64,000 nt of DNA from the human T2T-CHM13v2.0 reference genome, Homo sapiens, in NCBI RefSeq assembly GCF_009914755.1, contig NC_060925.1, one strand, 5' to 3'. Positions within the stretch are counted from its first letter, which is position 1. Each line of letters starts with the position of its first letter. The notes beneath the pieces were generated by a model. That model searched no databases, had not been told where the DNA came from, and saw nothing but the letters and a program-made list of their open reading frames with translations. This document shows positions 36,053 to 49,162 of the stretch, one piece after another. Both the position numbers and the translations under genes were made by a program.

Positions 36053-36639
36053 TCAGCATCCCCCTTATTAATCATTCAGCCAGTATAACAAATTCATGTA
36101 TTAAAAATCCTCTCCATTTGAAATAGTTTAGTGTAATTTATTTCTTACTAAGACTATGACAACTGCACTAAACAGGCATGTGAAAATTTGAAACTGAACT
36201 ATAAAAGAAGATGGGCAATTTTCATGGTGATTAAGAGTAGTAAGATGTGGAGTAATAAACAGAATTTTGAATAATATAGTGTAGTACTTGAAACTGGAGA
36301 AACACTGGCAGTGAAGAGAAATGGAAATATGTTTTACATGAAAAGTATAACAAAATGTTGGCAACATGGTTTCTGCAATATGTCACCTACTTAGGGGTTT
36401 TCTATGAAACAAACTACTTTACAGAGAACACACACACAAGGGAGACAGAATTTAGATAGCTTGAGAGTTCATCATTCTTCACAGAGAAAAGGGTCCATCA
36501 ACTGATGAAAAGCTTGGAAATCAGACTTAGCCCTTCGTGTTACATTATAAGCATGACTAGACATTAGAGGGAAAAAAACGTAAATAAATGTATGCACTGA
36601 GAAAAAAAGTTTGTTGGTTTAGTGAGTAAATTATAACAA

Positions 36640-36943
36640 ATTTCTTTTCTTTTCTTTTTTTTTTTTTTGGAGACAGGGTCTCACTCTGCCGCCAAAGCTG
36701 GAGTGCAGTGGCACAAGCATGGCTCACTGCAGCCTTGACCTTCTGGACTCAGGGGATGCTCCCACTTTAGCCTCCCAATCAGGTGAGACGAGAGGCCCAC
36801 GCCGCCATACCCGGCTAATTTTTGTAGAGATGGGGTTTCCCCACATTGCCCAGACTGGTCTGAAACTCCTGAGCGCAAGTGAACTGCCCACCTCAGCCTC
36901 CCAAAGTGCTGGGATTATAAGCAAGAGCCACCTCACCCAGCCC
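36640..36943 (-). mobile_element. Alu (AluJ-like)
   Basis: Antisense Alu. Confidence 0.92.
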
Positions 36944-37119
36944 AACATTTTTATTTTCTAATAGTCGTTCTATATATCAATTTATAATATTCATTCTTTA
37001 TACTTAATTGATTCTATTTGCTTTAAATATAACTAAGTTAATCTCTCTTTACTATTCATTGAGAAAATTTAAAATGACCATCATCTACAAGATGTGTGTG
37101 TTATTGACTTTTTATTGAT

Positions 37120-37130
37120 TGCTGAGTCAC
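37120..37130 (-). promoter_or_regulatory. Consensus antioxidant response element (NRF2/small MAF; also AP-1)
   Basis: GTGACTCAGCA on the minus strand, followed by an AT-rich flank. Confidence 0.4.
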
Positions 37131-38274
37131 TGAAATTCACAGTTCTTAGTTCTATAAAGATAGCTAGCCTTTGTACACTACATTTTATAGTTTGTGACTT
37201 TTAAGTAAATTTTTTCATTTGATCCCTTATAAAAACAGTCCTGAATCAAGCTTGTCTTCTCATTTCTCTCCCAGCAATCAGCATGCTCCCGTCCACTACA
37301 ATAAATCTGAAAAGACATATATACCCATTTGCCTGACTAAACTCAAGACAATATTATACATGTCTACTATGGTACTTAACCTCTCTGCTGAGCTTTCCCT
37401 CAGAGTTCTGTCTGCTCACTTCCCCCACAACACGCTCTGAATCACATATACATTTTTGCAGGAACTATCACAAGCACTTTAAATTGAAGAGTCAAACTGC
37501 ACAATTTCTTCATTATTCTTAAAACTTACCTGTTCTGTTTCTCATCCTAAAATTTACTGACACATGCTAATCTCTGCAGCTGAACTGAATTAGCAATTTT
37601 CAGAACCATAAAAATCTAAAAATCTGAATGTCACAACCAGATAAAAAATAAATTAGTGGCACTAAAGTGAGTTTTTCCCCCAAATCTGTGGGAAATAAAT
37701 GAAGTGTGATATTCCCAAGAGGTAAACTGGCAAGAAAAACGCTGACAGAGTTTTTCATGACTTCTTAAAACAGATGAGAGGTAGCCAGAGAAATAAACAA
37801 GAGTCTCCCAGGATGCATCCAAAAGAAACAGCTGTTCAAATGTAAAAGACAAAATCCTAAACCTTTTGCCTTTGACAGGCTTTAAGTGAAAATGAACATC
37901 ATCAACAAAAGACTGAGCCTACATAAAACAGAAGTAAAGAAATGCTTACAAAATCACAATCAGTTTGGTTCTTACAAAATTCTTTAGCTTGCTGTAATAG
38001 TGCTGAATTAATACTTAGATAAAATGTGGGTTCCAGCCATGTGAATTTGCCAAACAGAATGTAAAACTTAGGGTGAGAAGTCTGAAAAATAATTGTACTT
38101 AACCATCACTCTTGCAGCAACATTTAAAAACTAACCACAGAAATGTCAAAAGAAAATAAATGGAATTCTTTTCGGCTACAGGCAATACAAAGAGAAGTAT
38201 AATCAAACATATAAAAGCTGCTTTAGGCACATTTCAAGGTAAGTTACAGGACTGCATAAAAGATTAAACACCTA

Positions 38275-38550
38275 GGCCAGGCACGGTGGCTCACACCTGT
38301 AATCCTAGCACTCTGTGAGGCCAAGGCAGGTGGGTTGCTTGAACTCAGGAGTTCGAGACCAGCCTGAGCAACATGAGGAAACCCAGTTTCTACAAAGAAA
38401 TACAAAAAGTCAGTTAGTCCCAGCTACTCTCAGGAGGCTAAGGCAGGAGGATAGCTTGAGCCTGGGAGGTGGAGACTGCAGTGAGCAGAAAACACACTGC
38501 ACTCCAGTTTGGGTGACAGAGTGAAACCTTGGCAAAAAAAAAAAAAAAGG
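38275..38550 (+). mobile_element. Alu followed by a GA-rich microsatellite
   Basis: TSD-like aaacaccta. Confidence 0.92.
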
Positions 38551-39117
38551 AAGGATGGAAAGAAAGAGAGAGAGAGAGAGATGAAACACCTATTAGAAAA
38601 ACATTTGGTCAAGGTTGCTTTATAAATATGGTTGCAACTAATTTTTTAAATAAAAACAAAAAATGACCAAAAGAGCTGAACACTCTTCCAATCAAGTATC
38701 ACATTAAAATAAATCTCAACAATTAGAAAAGCCTACCATGATTCTTTGGAAGCTGCATTCATGGTACATGGGGACTTGGTGTGGGTTTGGACACCTGCAG
38801 TACTGACTGCACTGAGTTGGTCCCCTTGGTGACAAATCCTCCATTTGGTTTTTTTAAGTTGATAATATGTGTAAGTTCTTAAAAATCTACTTTTTTTTAA
38901 AAGTGTCAACAAATATTGTCATTAAACACTTTACAAATAACATGACTTTGCAAATGTCATTAAAAGTTACAAAGGCCTATAAAATATTCATATTTATATT
39001 TGTGATATGCTAAAGAATCCTGGTAAGCTCAAATACTGCCTTAGATGGACATGATGTGTTTCAAAGTGGGGGCCATGGGGAGTGTAAAAACTATACATTT
39101 TGCTTTTTTTAAATTAA

Positions 39118-39808
<691 letters not shown>

Positions 39809-41877
39809 CAGCTTACAAAGGCTGGAGCAGTCAGTCAATGAACAATTATGAGACAACACAGAGAAATTCTCCTTAGTAAATAAAACAAGATTCCCGGAAG
39901 CTGGATAAAGCAAAAATGGGTGTTGGGACCATTCATCATTTGAAACTCATCCTTTACTAATGATGAAAATTGTGGTGTAACAATAAGCATCACGATCAAG
40001 CAATACTCCTCAGTGAAGAACTCTGCTTAGTATTTCCAGAGACAATAAAGTATCTAACCAGTGGATCATATACCATCACCATCTCAGCTACTATATATTA
40101 TATGCTATAGAAGGAGTTCCTCTCCCAGAAAAAAACAGAGAGCCAAATGAAATCCAGAAACAGCAGGCAGATAACACCTATTACCTCACTTCTTTGGCAT
40201 CATTTTGAGCATGTCTTCTCACTTAATTACTGTGAATATAGCTCCAAAAGCCTGGAAGTCTAGACAATGATGCCAAGAGAAAAAAGACCTAGATTTTGAT
40301 CCTAGTTAATCAGCGCCAGTTTGGTCTGTTTTGTAATTGCTACTTCGTGAAAATTAACTAAGTTAAAGCAAATGTGCATCACCAATTAAGCAATAAGTAG
40401 GAGTCTCTTTTGTTTTTACTTATCTTGAGAAGTAATTTTAAATAATTCAAACTTCTCTTAAAAAAAAAAACAGAATGAAACAAGGCAAAGTTTGGGTAAT
40501 TTTAAATCTAAAATAGTTTTATAATTTTCCATAACAACAACTGGCTACTTTCAAGTTAGTGTCCAAAACCCACGGAAGTCTTAAAGAAAATTCTGATCTC
40601 ATCTAACAAAAGCTGCTCATTCACAAAGAAGAAAACTGGGCATTAATAGGAACTTCCATAGGTTAAATTATAAAACAGTGGTAGGAGGGTTGGAACTCTA
40701 AATTAGAGAGTCTCTTCTCCTGACTCCCTAGAGTGCACTTCCCCAGGGAGATTTACTTTGCAATCTGCCACCAAAAGGTACTTTTAAATTCCAAACTATT
40801 TACTCTTCCCAGAGAACAGACATGCTGGGTTTCAAGATTGTTCAAAAGTGTTGCCATTTCAGGGAAACTGAAAAGAATCTATGCCTATAAAGACTCTGTC
40901 TCACCAATTTACCATTGTCTGAAATGTCATAGTCTAAAGTCTTTGACTAATTAAACAAAATCTCCAGAGAGGACGAAGCTAGAAAGAACTACAGCTCATG
41001 TAAAAAAGGGAAATGCACATTACGCCTTAAAACTTGGCACATACACAGGTGTGGTGAAGCACCTGTGGATGTGTAAAATCCTGTCTTAACAAAGAAGCAG
41101 GTAATGAGATTGCAGAGGACATTGGAAACAATATTCTTCATTTTCCCTCTTTCACGTTTCAAAGTTATGAAGTTCACTTTTCTTCAGCTTAGCTTCTTTC
41201 ACTTAGACCTTAGTAGATTGAGGGTCAAACATTGAGTCACAGACATAGGTAGTTACTTTGGACAAAAAGATTTAATTCACAGAAGAAGGGGAGACTGTCA
41301 CATCAAAAAGGACATGTAGCTAAAAAATAGTTTCTTTGATCTTATCCTCAGTTGACTGAATCTGTTTTGTATAGAAGAATAAAACAAATTACCGCCAACA
41401 GAAAATAACCAAGCCTAATATCCTACTTTTATCCGAACATCAGAAAAGACATGGAAGACATTTCAAACTCTTGGAGATAGCTTCTAAGTTTCACACTAAA
41501 TCTCGACAGGTAGCCAAATAAAAGAATTAGCAGGCAAGGATACATGCACACACACACATACATATATATAAATCTTGAGGAGAACCAAGTCTGGCAGGAA
41601 TACAAATAATAAATGCACTTACTAAATTTAGGAAATCCTGTTCTGAGGCAGGAATTTACACAACCATCATAACAACGCTCTTACAGGGCAGTAGAATTCT
41701 AATTTCCCCCTATATGACAGATGAAGAAACGAAGTTCCAGAGATATTAAATAATTTATCCAATATCATATAACCAGAAAGTAACAAAGCCAGCCCTAGAA
41801 CCTATGGTTTGACTTCAAGCCTATAATCCCTTCCCCTCTATTTTGAACGCTCTTCTTTCCATTACCATCCATGAACT

Positions 41878-42438
41878 TGGTGGGGCACAGAGATATGACT
41901 AAGAAAATGTCTTTCCAAAAGAAACACAATTGTCTTAAGACCACCCTCCCATGGAAGCTCATCAAATAATCACAAAAGATTAATCATGGAAAACAGAAGA
42001 GACTAAAGCCATCACCACATCAAGACAGACTTTTCATTTTACTTTTGGGGGTAACTCTTAGGAGATTTAACCTTCATAATAAGACAACCTTTGTTCACAC
42101 TGAAGTCTCATTCCTCACCTTCCCGCCACCTCCCAGGAGCTCAGAGGAACTTTGTCTAAGACTATTGTAATTTGGACTCATTCATTTCACCTAAAAACCA
42201 TTTACTTCCCCTCTAAAACTCCCGATAGCCCATTCCCCACCCTGCTTCCCTCTTCCCTATGAAGAGGGTACTCAAGCCCTCAACCTTCTCTCCCTTCTTC
42301 GTGTTTCATATGTGTAGGACTCTCATGTGTCCACGCACATTGATAAATCTGTATGCCTTTTTCTCCTATTAATCTATCATCAGCATTTCAGCAAACCCTC
42401 AGAGTGGGCAGAAGGGAAGCTTTGCATCTGCCCCTACA
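41878..42438 (+). mobile_element. MER34/MER39-like ERV1 solo LTR
   Basis: TG...CA termini (tggtggggc...cccctaca); 4-bp TSD aact at 41874-41877 and 42439-42442; cataataagacaacctttgttcac and cctatgaagagggta motifs. Confidence 0.72.
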
Positions 42439-43079
42439 AACTGTTTCAACTGTGAAACCTAAAAAAAACTTGAGTTTCCCATGGAACTCTTCATTTTTCC
42501 AGGTATGCTAGTTTAGAAAAACTTCCTCACCATATCAACAAGTGTTAACATATTGCTAGGAGACAGATGAATCCATAGAGGCTTCCCTCTGTCTGAAAGG
42601 ATGGAGGGGAAAAAAGGGCATTGAACCAGGTGTGATTTACTGGGTTCATTCATTAGATTAGGCAAAATGGTGGCAAAACAGACCACAAAAGAATGCAACA
42701 CAATATTTGGTGGCCATTCTCCCTGGTATTCATGTACTCTGGTTTCTAAAGGCACCTGGTAAAATGGCATATAGAACAGCACTTGAGGATTTAACAAGTG
42801 AGATGCTAGGAGACCATCTTTTCTTAAATGCAAACTATGCATTTGCGAGCAGCCTATCTTTCAGAAAACTTAAGTCCTTTGGGCCAACTGCTTGGGTCAA
42901 ATCACAACTTGAAACAGTAAGAATTTCAAATGGAAAACTAAGCTATTTCCCTTACATGCCAGTTATCAACTGCTTGTCTTTCATATCAAAATTCACTGTT
43001 TGCCTGTAATAAGAAAATGGATCTGAGCTCTATAAATATTTTAACATTTCAGCTGACACAACATTAAGTTTTGTCAGTA

Positions 43080-44066
43080 GAAGGCTCTAGAGATATGTAG
43101 AAGGAAAGGGTTTTGCTCCCTGGTTCCTGGTTCCTGGTTCCTGGTTGCTCCTGCAGCCCAGATAGCTTCTCCAAAAGATGGCTTCTCTAGTGACTAGCTC
43201 CCCTCATGGACATAGCTTCATCAGAGCAAGATTTCTGCTTCAGTGCACAGCAAGCAACAGTACCCAGCAGCCAAGAGCTACCCCTGGTATTCCCTCAGGA
43301 AGACACGCAGCACAGTGGCTTTTCTAAGAAACCTCCCTGCGAACAGCTTTCCCTCGGCACCCTAGAGGGCAGAATTCTCACAAGTTCTGAGGGTGGATTT
43401 TCAGTAACTTCCACTGAAATGGCACCACTCCCATTCAGAAAGCCACACCGTGCCCTCTCCAACAAGGTCAAGATCTTAGCCCAGGGTAGGGGTAGCAGTC
43501 TCTCACCTAAAACTACCACAAAAAATAAGACGTAGGTTTGGTAGGCCTTTTTTGGATGTAGAGGCAACATATATACTACATCTGAATGTGCCACCTTAAC
43601 CGACTACAGAGTCACCTAGGAAGTTTCCAATTTTGAGTAGGGAACACAATATACGAAGGTTATACAGCAAATTTGGGATGGGCAGTGCAAGCTGCTCTAC
43701 CACTTGGGACTTCTGATCCAGTGGATCTAATGTTTTGAATTGTCTGTGGGAAACAGATATGCAGTAAGGAGCCTTTTAGCCATTGTGCCCTGCATCAGCT
43801 CTTGGCTATAAGAGATTGGTGCTGGAGAAGAAAGCTTTCCCCAATACTTCATAGGGCACATTTCCAGCAAGTTCCAGAACAAAGAGTTTCAGCAAGTTCT
43901 GAACAGCACCACAGTGGCTCTTCTACCACAGCCTTTGGCTCAACCCTACAGAGAAAGGCTCCCTATCTGAGCCTCTACTCAGCCCTAAGGTAAGCGTTTG
44001 CTCTTTATATCTTATATTCTTGAGAGTGCATAGTTTTTCTCTCCTGATTAGACTCAGATTAATACA
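43080..44066 (+). mobile_element. Class III ERV relic: LTR41-like segments flanking an ERVL-type pol fragment
   Basis: 43505-43780 resembles ERVL pol (ggaggcaaca...ttttgagtggg...gtgcaagctgctct.ccacttggg...gacccagcagatccaatgg-type sequence). The flanks share cagcaagttc/caccacagtggct motifs and end in gattaataca. Confidence 0.62.
43119..43146 (+). repeat. (CCTGGTT)4 heptamer repeat
   Basis: Directly visible. Confidence 0.9.
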
Positions 44067-44329
44067 CCTTAATAGTAAGTTGAGAGGTTGTGTTCAGTCT
44101 AAGAAACCCAACACAGGAACCTCATTTAAACAATCAGGAGCTCATTTTGTTTTGTTTTCAATGTTTAAAACTCCAAATTATATAGGAATGATTTAGACTA
44201 AGTTTAGGTATAGCACTAAGTTCTTGACAAACTTATATTCATTAATAGGGCTATTTCAGTCATGGTTTGGCAAACTGTACATTCCTTTTCCAAACATTCT
44301 ATAGTCTAAAATATAATTAATCAGCACAT

Positions 44330-44580
44330 GGCCAGGAGATCAAGGCCAATCTGAGCAACATAGCAAGACCCCATCTCTACAAAAAATTTAACCAAAAGAA
44401 AAAAATTAGCCGGGCATGGTGGCATGAGCCTGTGGTCTCAGCTAACTGGGAAGCTGAGGCAAGAAGATCACTTGAGCCCAGGAGTTAGAGGTTACAGTGA
44501 GCTATGATCATGCCACTGTACCCCAGCCTTGGCCACGGAGCAAGACCCTGTCTTTAAAAAAATAATAAGGAATAAAAATT
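44330..44580 (+). mobile_element. 5'-truncated Alu (AluJ-like)
   Basis: Begins near the B box. Confidence 0.9.
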
Positions 44581-45529
44581 GTCCCTAAAAAATAATGAAG
44601 AATAAAAAATAAAATCAGCCCTTAACTTATAATCACCACCTTTAGCATTATTTTTAGTAATTCCTGATCTCTCCTATTATTCAATCTCTAAAAGGCCTAA
44701 AATATGGAGGCTAAAATCACAAATAATGTTATAAAAATGATTTTCATTATCAAAAGAGTAGCTGTTACATGTAAATACTGATAATCTCACACAGTTAGAT
44801 CAACGTTATTGGCTTGACTCAGTCCACATTCTGTAAGGGACTTTATAACTCTAGCCAACTTTTAACCACAAGGAAATCCAAACAAGCTTGCAACAGTAGG
44901 TCGGTGCAAGCTAAACAATATATCTTGGCAAACAGCTTAAGTGCAAGGAACACATAGGAACATCCTCCTTAAACAGTGTCTGAACGTCTGTTGTTACTAT
45001 TAAGTAGAAATACACTAAGGAGTTCACAATTCTTCTAACAGTTCAACAAAAACTTAAGCCTATCAAATTACAATAATCGACTTAGAAAACAACCAAACCA
45101 ACAAACAAAAAATCCCACTGATGCTACTCAAGAGGGGAAGACACCAAGTTTTCACATAAGTAGAAAATAACCATTAATGCTTCACCCGAAAGGGGTGCGA
45201 GACGGTAGCAGATTAAGCATCGAAAAGCAAATCAGTGCTTTGTGGGGGGGTTTTCCAGTAAACTTTAGAATAAAACTCTAACTTCTTAAACAATGAAAAT
45301 GAAAACTAAATATCACCAACAGTTAATTTTTAATGACTTCAAAATGAAATGTGTGAAATTTGTTAGTAGCCATCTTTATGAACGGTTAAGTCTGAAAAGA
45401 TGCCAAAGACAAACTTGAAATTACTATACAAGTAATGTTTTATGTTACTGCTTAGGAGTCTCTTTAGAAAAACAAAAATGATGCTTTTACAGGGACATTT
45501 CTTATTTTTTTAAAAAAGGTTTATCTTAC

Positions 45530-45658
45530 TTGAGAGAGTCCAGGGGACGATGCATGTCCCGGGGGCGTTGCCGCAAGATTTGGATGCCCCTTGTTTATTT
45601 CATGTGCTGAATAAGGGGATGGGGTAGGGGTTCCCGGCTGTCTTGCCACTTGTGTTAC
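45530..45658 (-). CDS. EIF4G3: Internal 129-nt exon of eukaryotic translation initiation factor 4 gamma 3; 5' leader relative to the conventional AUG, but coding in the non-AUG N-terminal extension
   Basis: Minus strand reads tttcctcacag|GTAACACAAG...GGACTCTCTCAA|gtaagata, with canonical acceptor and donor. 43 stop-free codons: VTQVARQPGTPTPSPYSAHEINKGHPNLAATPPGHASSPGLSQ. CpGs are retained against an AT-rich background. The peptide end resembles eIF4G1 [20 protein letters not shown]. Gene identity is recalled from the EIF4G3 mRNA 5' region, not searched. Confidence 0.9.
45595..45603 (-). other. Minimal out-of-frame uORF ATG-AAA-TAA (Met-Lys-stop) inside the exon
   Basis: Minus strand GCAC ATG AAA TAA AC. 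The sequence is directly visible; whether it is translated is unknown. Confidence 0.6.
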
Positions 45659-46233
45659 CTGTGAGGAAATCAATATTTAGTAAGAACATTATATTAGTAA
45701 ATCAATCTTAATAAATACAGCTGAACTATCTGATTTTTAATTGGATTTCCTACCTCACAACTTACACTAAAATAAGCACGAGACTGAACAAACACTTAAA
45801 ATTTTTAAAATTGAAAAAAACAGAATTCTTTAAAAATATATACATGAATATTCTCATCAATTTGATAAAAGATTCTTGAAGCATGATCTCAAAACCAAAA
45901 ATCATAAAGGAAAACACATGCTACAGGAAAGAAACAATACTTCAAACTACAAACTGTATGATACCATTTTGTAAAAGGAACAGAAAAGAAATAAATGGTT
46001 GAAAGAGGAAGGAGATGACTACAGAAGAGGAACAAGGAGATTTTTGAGGGTGACAGAACTGTTCTGTATCATGCTTATAGTGAGAATTGAATGTCTCTGC
46101 TTGTCAAGACTTATGGACGTATACACTAAAAAGGGTGAATTTTACTAAATTACATCTCAATAAATCTAAACTCCAAAAATGGCAAGTTACTTATACGACA
46201 TAATCTCATTTTTGTCTTTAAAAACATATATCT

Positions 46234-46515
46234 GGCCAGATGCTGTGGCTTATGCCTGTAATCCCAGCACTTTGGGAGGCCAACACAGGAAGACTGCTTA
46301 AGAACAGAAGTTTCAGACCAGCCTGTGCAACATAGCAAGACTTCAACTGTATTTTATAAAAAAAAATTTTTTTTTCATTAGCTAGGCATGGTGGCATCCA
46401 CCTGTAGAAATAGTTACTTGGGAAGCTGAGGCAAAAGGACTGCTTGGGCCCAGGAGTTCAAGGCTTACAGTGAGCTATGATCACACCACTGTACTACAAC
46501 CTGAGTGACAGAGGA
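46234..46515 (+). mobile_element. Alu (AluJ-like)
   Basis: Diverged Alu. Confidence 0.9.
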
Positions 46516-47198
46516 AAACCCTATCTCTTTAAATACAAAAAAATTTTTAAAAAGGACATCTAAATATACATATACATACACATGTGTAGGAATATTTCTA
46601 TATACATTATTTGTTTACGTATGCATATAATACACACACATACATCTAAAAACATGTATATGTAATATTTTTAAAGATCTGTAAAGAGATATACCAAAAT
46701 CTTAACAGAAAGCATTACAGGTATTTATTTTCTCATTTATATTTTCTAATATAATACAATAATCACAAATTTATACAACTGAAAAATAATCAGCATGTTT
46801 TTACGTAACCAAAAATTTCATTTTCTCCGTTTTTTGCAGGCAATAAATTGCTCATCAGCCCATTACGGATATGAAACCACTTTACTCAGACCCCTAGTGG
46901 AAGTGTCTACCAATCAATCCTAGCCAGCTCTTCCCTCTCATACACTAATGCAGACTTAACACTGATGGTTTTGCAAACTTTCATGAATTATGGGCAGTTC
47001 TGTCCTCTGCTAAAATGAAAGAAGTCATTCTCCTTAAGGAATAGTTCTTAAATTTGAGAGGAACACAAACCCTTTGCCAATCTAGCATAAAATACAGACT
47101 TCTCAGAATCGTGTTATTAAATACATAAAATACATAGGATTATGACAACAAATGATCTATATTGAAATACAGGTATAAAAATATTAAAACAAATTCCT

Positions 47199-49162
47199 AG
47201 CTCCCTCCTCTCCCTCTCCCTCCTCTCCCTCTCCCTCTCCCTCTCCCCACGGTCTCCCTCTCCCTCTCTTTCCACGGTCTCCCCCTGATGCCGAGCCAAA
47301 GCTGGACTGTACTGCTGCCATCTCGGCTCACTGCAACCTCCCTGCCTGATTCTCCTGCCTCAGCCTGCCGAGTGCCTGCGATTGCAGGCGCGCGCCGCCA
47401 CGCCTGACTGGTTCTCGTATTTTTTTGGTGGAGACGGGGTTTCGCTGTGTTGGCCGGGCTGGTCTCCAGCTCCTAACCGCGAGTGATCCGCCAGCCTCGG
47501 CCTCCCGAGGTGCCGGGATGGCAGACGGAGTCTCGTTCACTCAGTGCTCAATGGTGCCCAGGCTGGAGTGCAGTGGCGTGATCTCGGCTCGCTACAACCT
47601 CCACCTCCCAGCTGCCTGCCTTGGCCCCGCAAAGTGCCGAGATTGCAGCCTCTGCCCGGCCGCCACCCCGTCTGGGAAGTGAGGAGCGTCTCTGCCTGGC
47701 CGCCCATCGTCTGGGATGTGAGGAGCCTCTCTGCCTGGCTGCCCAGTCTGGAAAGTGAGGAGCGTCTCTGCCCGGCCGCCATCCCATCTAGGAAGTGAGG
47801 AGCGTCTCTGCCAGGCCGCCCATCGTCTGAGATGTGGGGAGCACCTCTGCCCTGCCACCCCGTCTGGGATGTGAGGAGCGTCTCTGCCCGGCCGCCCCGT
47901 CTGAGAAGTGAGGAGACCCTCTGCCTGGCAACCGCCCCGTCTGAGAAGTGAGGAGCCCCTCCGCCCGGCAGCCACTCCGTCTGGGAAGTGAGGAGCGTCT
48001 CCGCCCAGCAGCCACCCCGTCTGGGAGGGAGGTGGGGGTCAGCCCCCCGCCCGGACAGCCGCCCCGTCTGGAAGGGAGGTGGGGGGGTTAGCCCACCCCC
48101 CGGCCAGCCGCCCCGTCCGGGAGGTGAGGGGCGCCTCTGCCCGGCCGCCCCTACTGGGAAGTGAGGAGTCCCTCTGCCCGGCCAGCCGCCCCGTCCGGGA
48201 AGGAGGTGGGGGGGTCAGCCCCCCGCCCGGCCAGCCGCCCTGTCCGGGAGGGAGGTTGGGGGGTCAGCCCCCCGCCCGGCCACCCGCCCCGTCCGGGAGG
48301 TGAGGGGCGCCTCTGCCCGGCCGCCCCTACTGGGAAGTGAGGAGGCCCTCTGCCCAGCCAGCCGCCCCGTCCGGGAAGGATGTTGGGGGGTCAGCCCCCG
48401 CCCGGCCAGCCGCCCCATCCGGGAGGTGAGGGGCACCTCTGCCCGGCCGCCCCTACTGGGAAGAGAGGAGCCCCTCTGCCCGGCCAGCCGCCCCATCCGG
48501 GAGGGAGGTGGGGGGGTCAGCCCCCCGCCCGGCCAGCCGCCCCGTCTGCGAGGTGAGGGGCGCCTCTGCCCGGCCGCCCCTACTGGGAAGTGAGGAGCCC
48601 CTCTGCCCGGCCACCACCCCGTCTGGGAGGTGTACTCAACAGCTCATTGAGAACGGGCCACGATGACAATGGCGGTTTTGTGGAATAGAAAGGGGGGAAA
48701 GGTGGGGAAAAGATTGAGAAATCGGATGGTTGCCATGTCTGTGTAGAAAGAGGTAGACATGGGAGACTTTTTATTTTGTTCTGTACTAAGAAAAATTCTT
48801 CTGCCTTGGGATCCTGTTGATCTGTGACCTTACCCCCAACCCTGTGCTCTCTGAAACATGTGCTGTGTCCACTCAGGGTTGAATGGATTAAGGGTGGTGC
48901 AAGATGTGCTTTGTTAAACAGATGCTTGAAGGCAGCATGCCCGTTAAGAGTCATCACCACTCCCTAATCTCAAGTACCCAGGGACACAAACACTGCGGAA
49001 GGCCGCAGGGTCCTCTGCCTAGGAAAACCAGAGACCTTTGTTCACTTGTTTATCTGCTGACCTTCCCTCCACTATTGTCCTGTGACCCTGCCAAATCCCC
49101 CTCTGCGAGAAACACCCAAGAATGATCAATAAAAAAAAAAAGAAAAGAAAAAGAAAAAAACA
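47199..49162 (+). mobile_element. Full-length SVA retrotransposon (SVA_D-like)
   Basis: Hexamer, Alu-like domain, long VNTR, SINE-R and A-rich tail. 13-bp TSD aaaacaaattcct at 47186-47198 and 49163-49175, at a TT/AAAA L1 endonuclease site. Confidence 0.97.

Noticed and set aside
37523-37535. Strong minus-strand donor CAG|GTAAGT as a recursive splice site
   Set aside because: Preceded by purine-rich sequence, not a polypyrimidine tract.
42513-43009. Overlapping ORFs of about 100 aa in apparently unique DNA
   Set aside because: No recognisable homology, splice signals or coding-like composition; length is within chance.
44885-44912. 8-bp inverted repeat agcttgca/tgcaagct
   Set aside because: Short enough to be expected by chance in 64 kb.
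46887-46903. CTCF-like CCACTAGGGGTC on the minus strand
   Set aside because: Mismatch in the GGC core and no other support.
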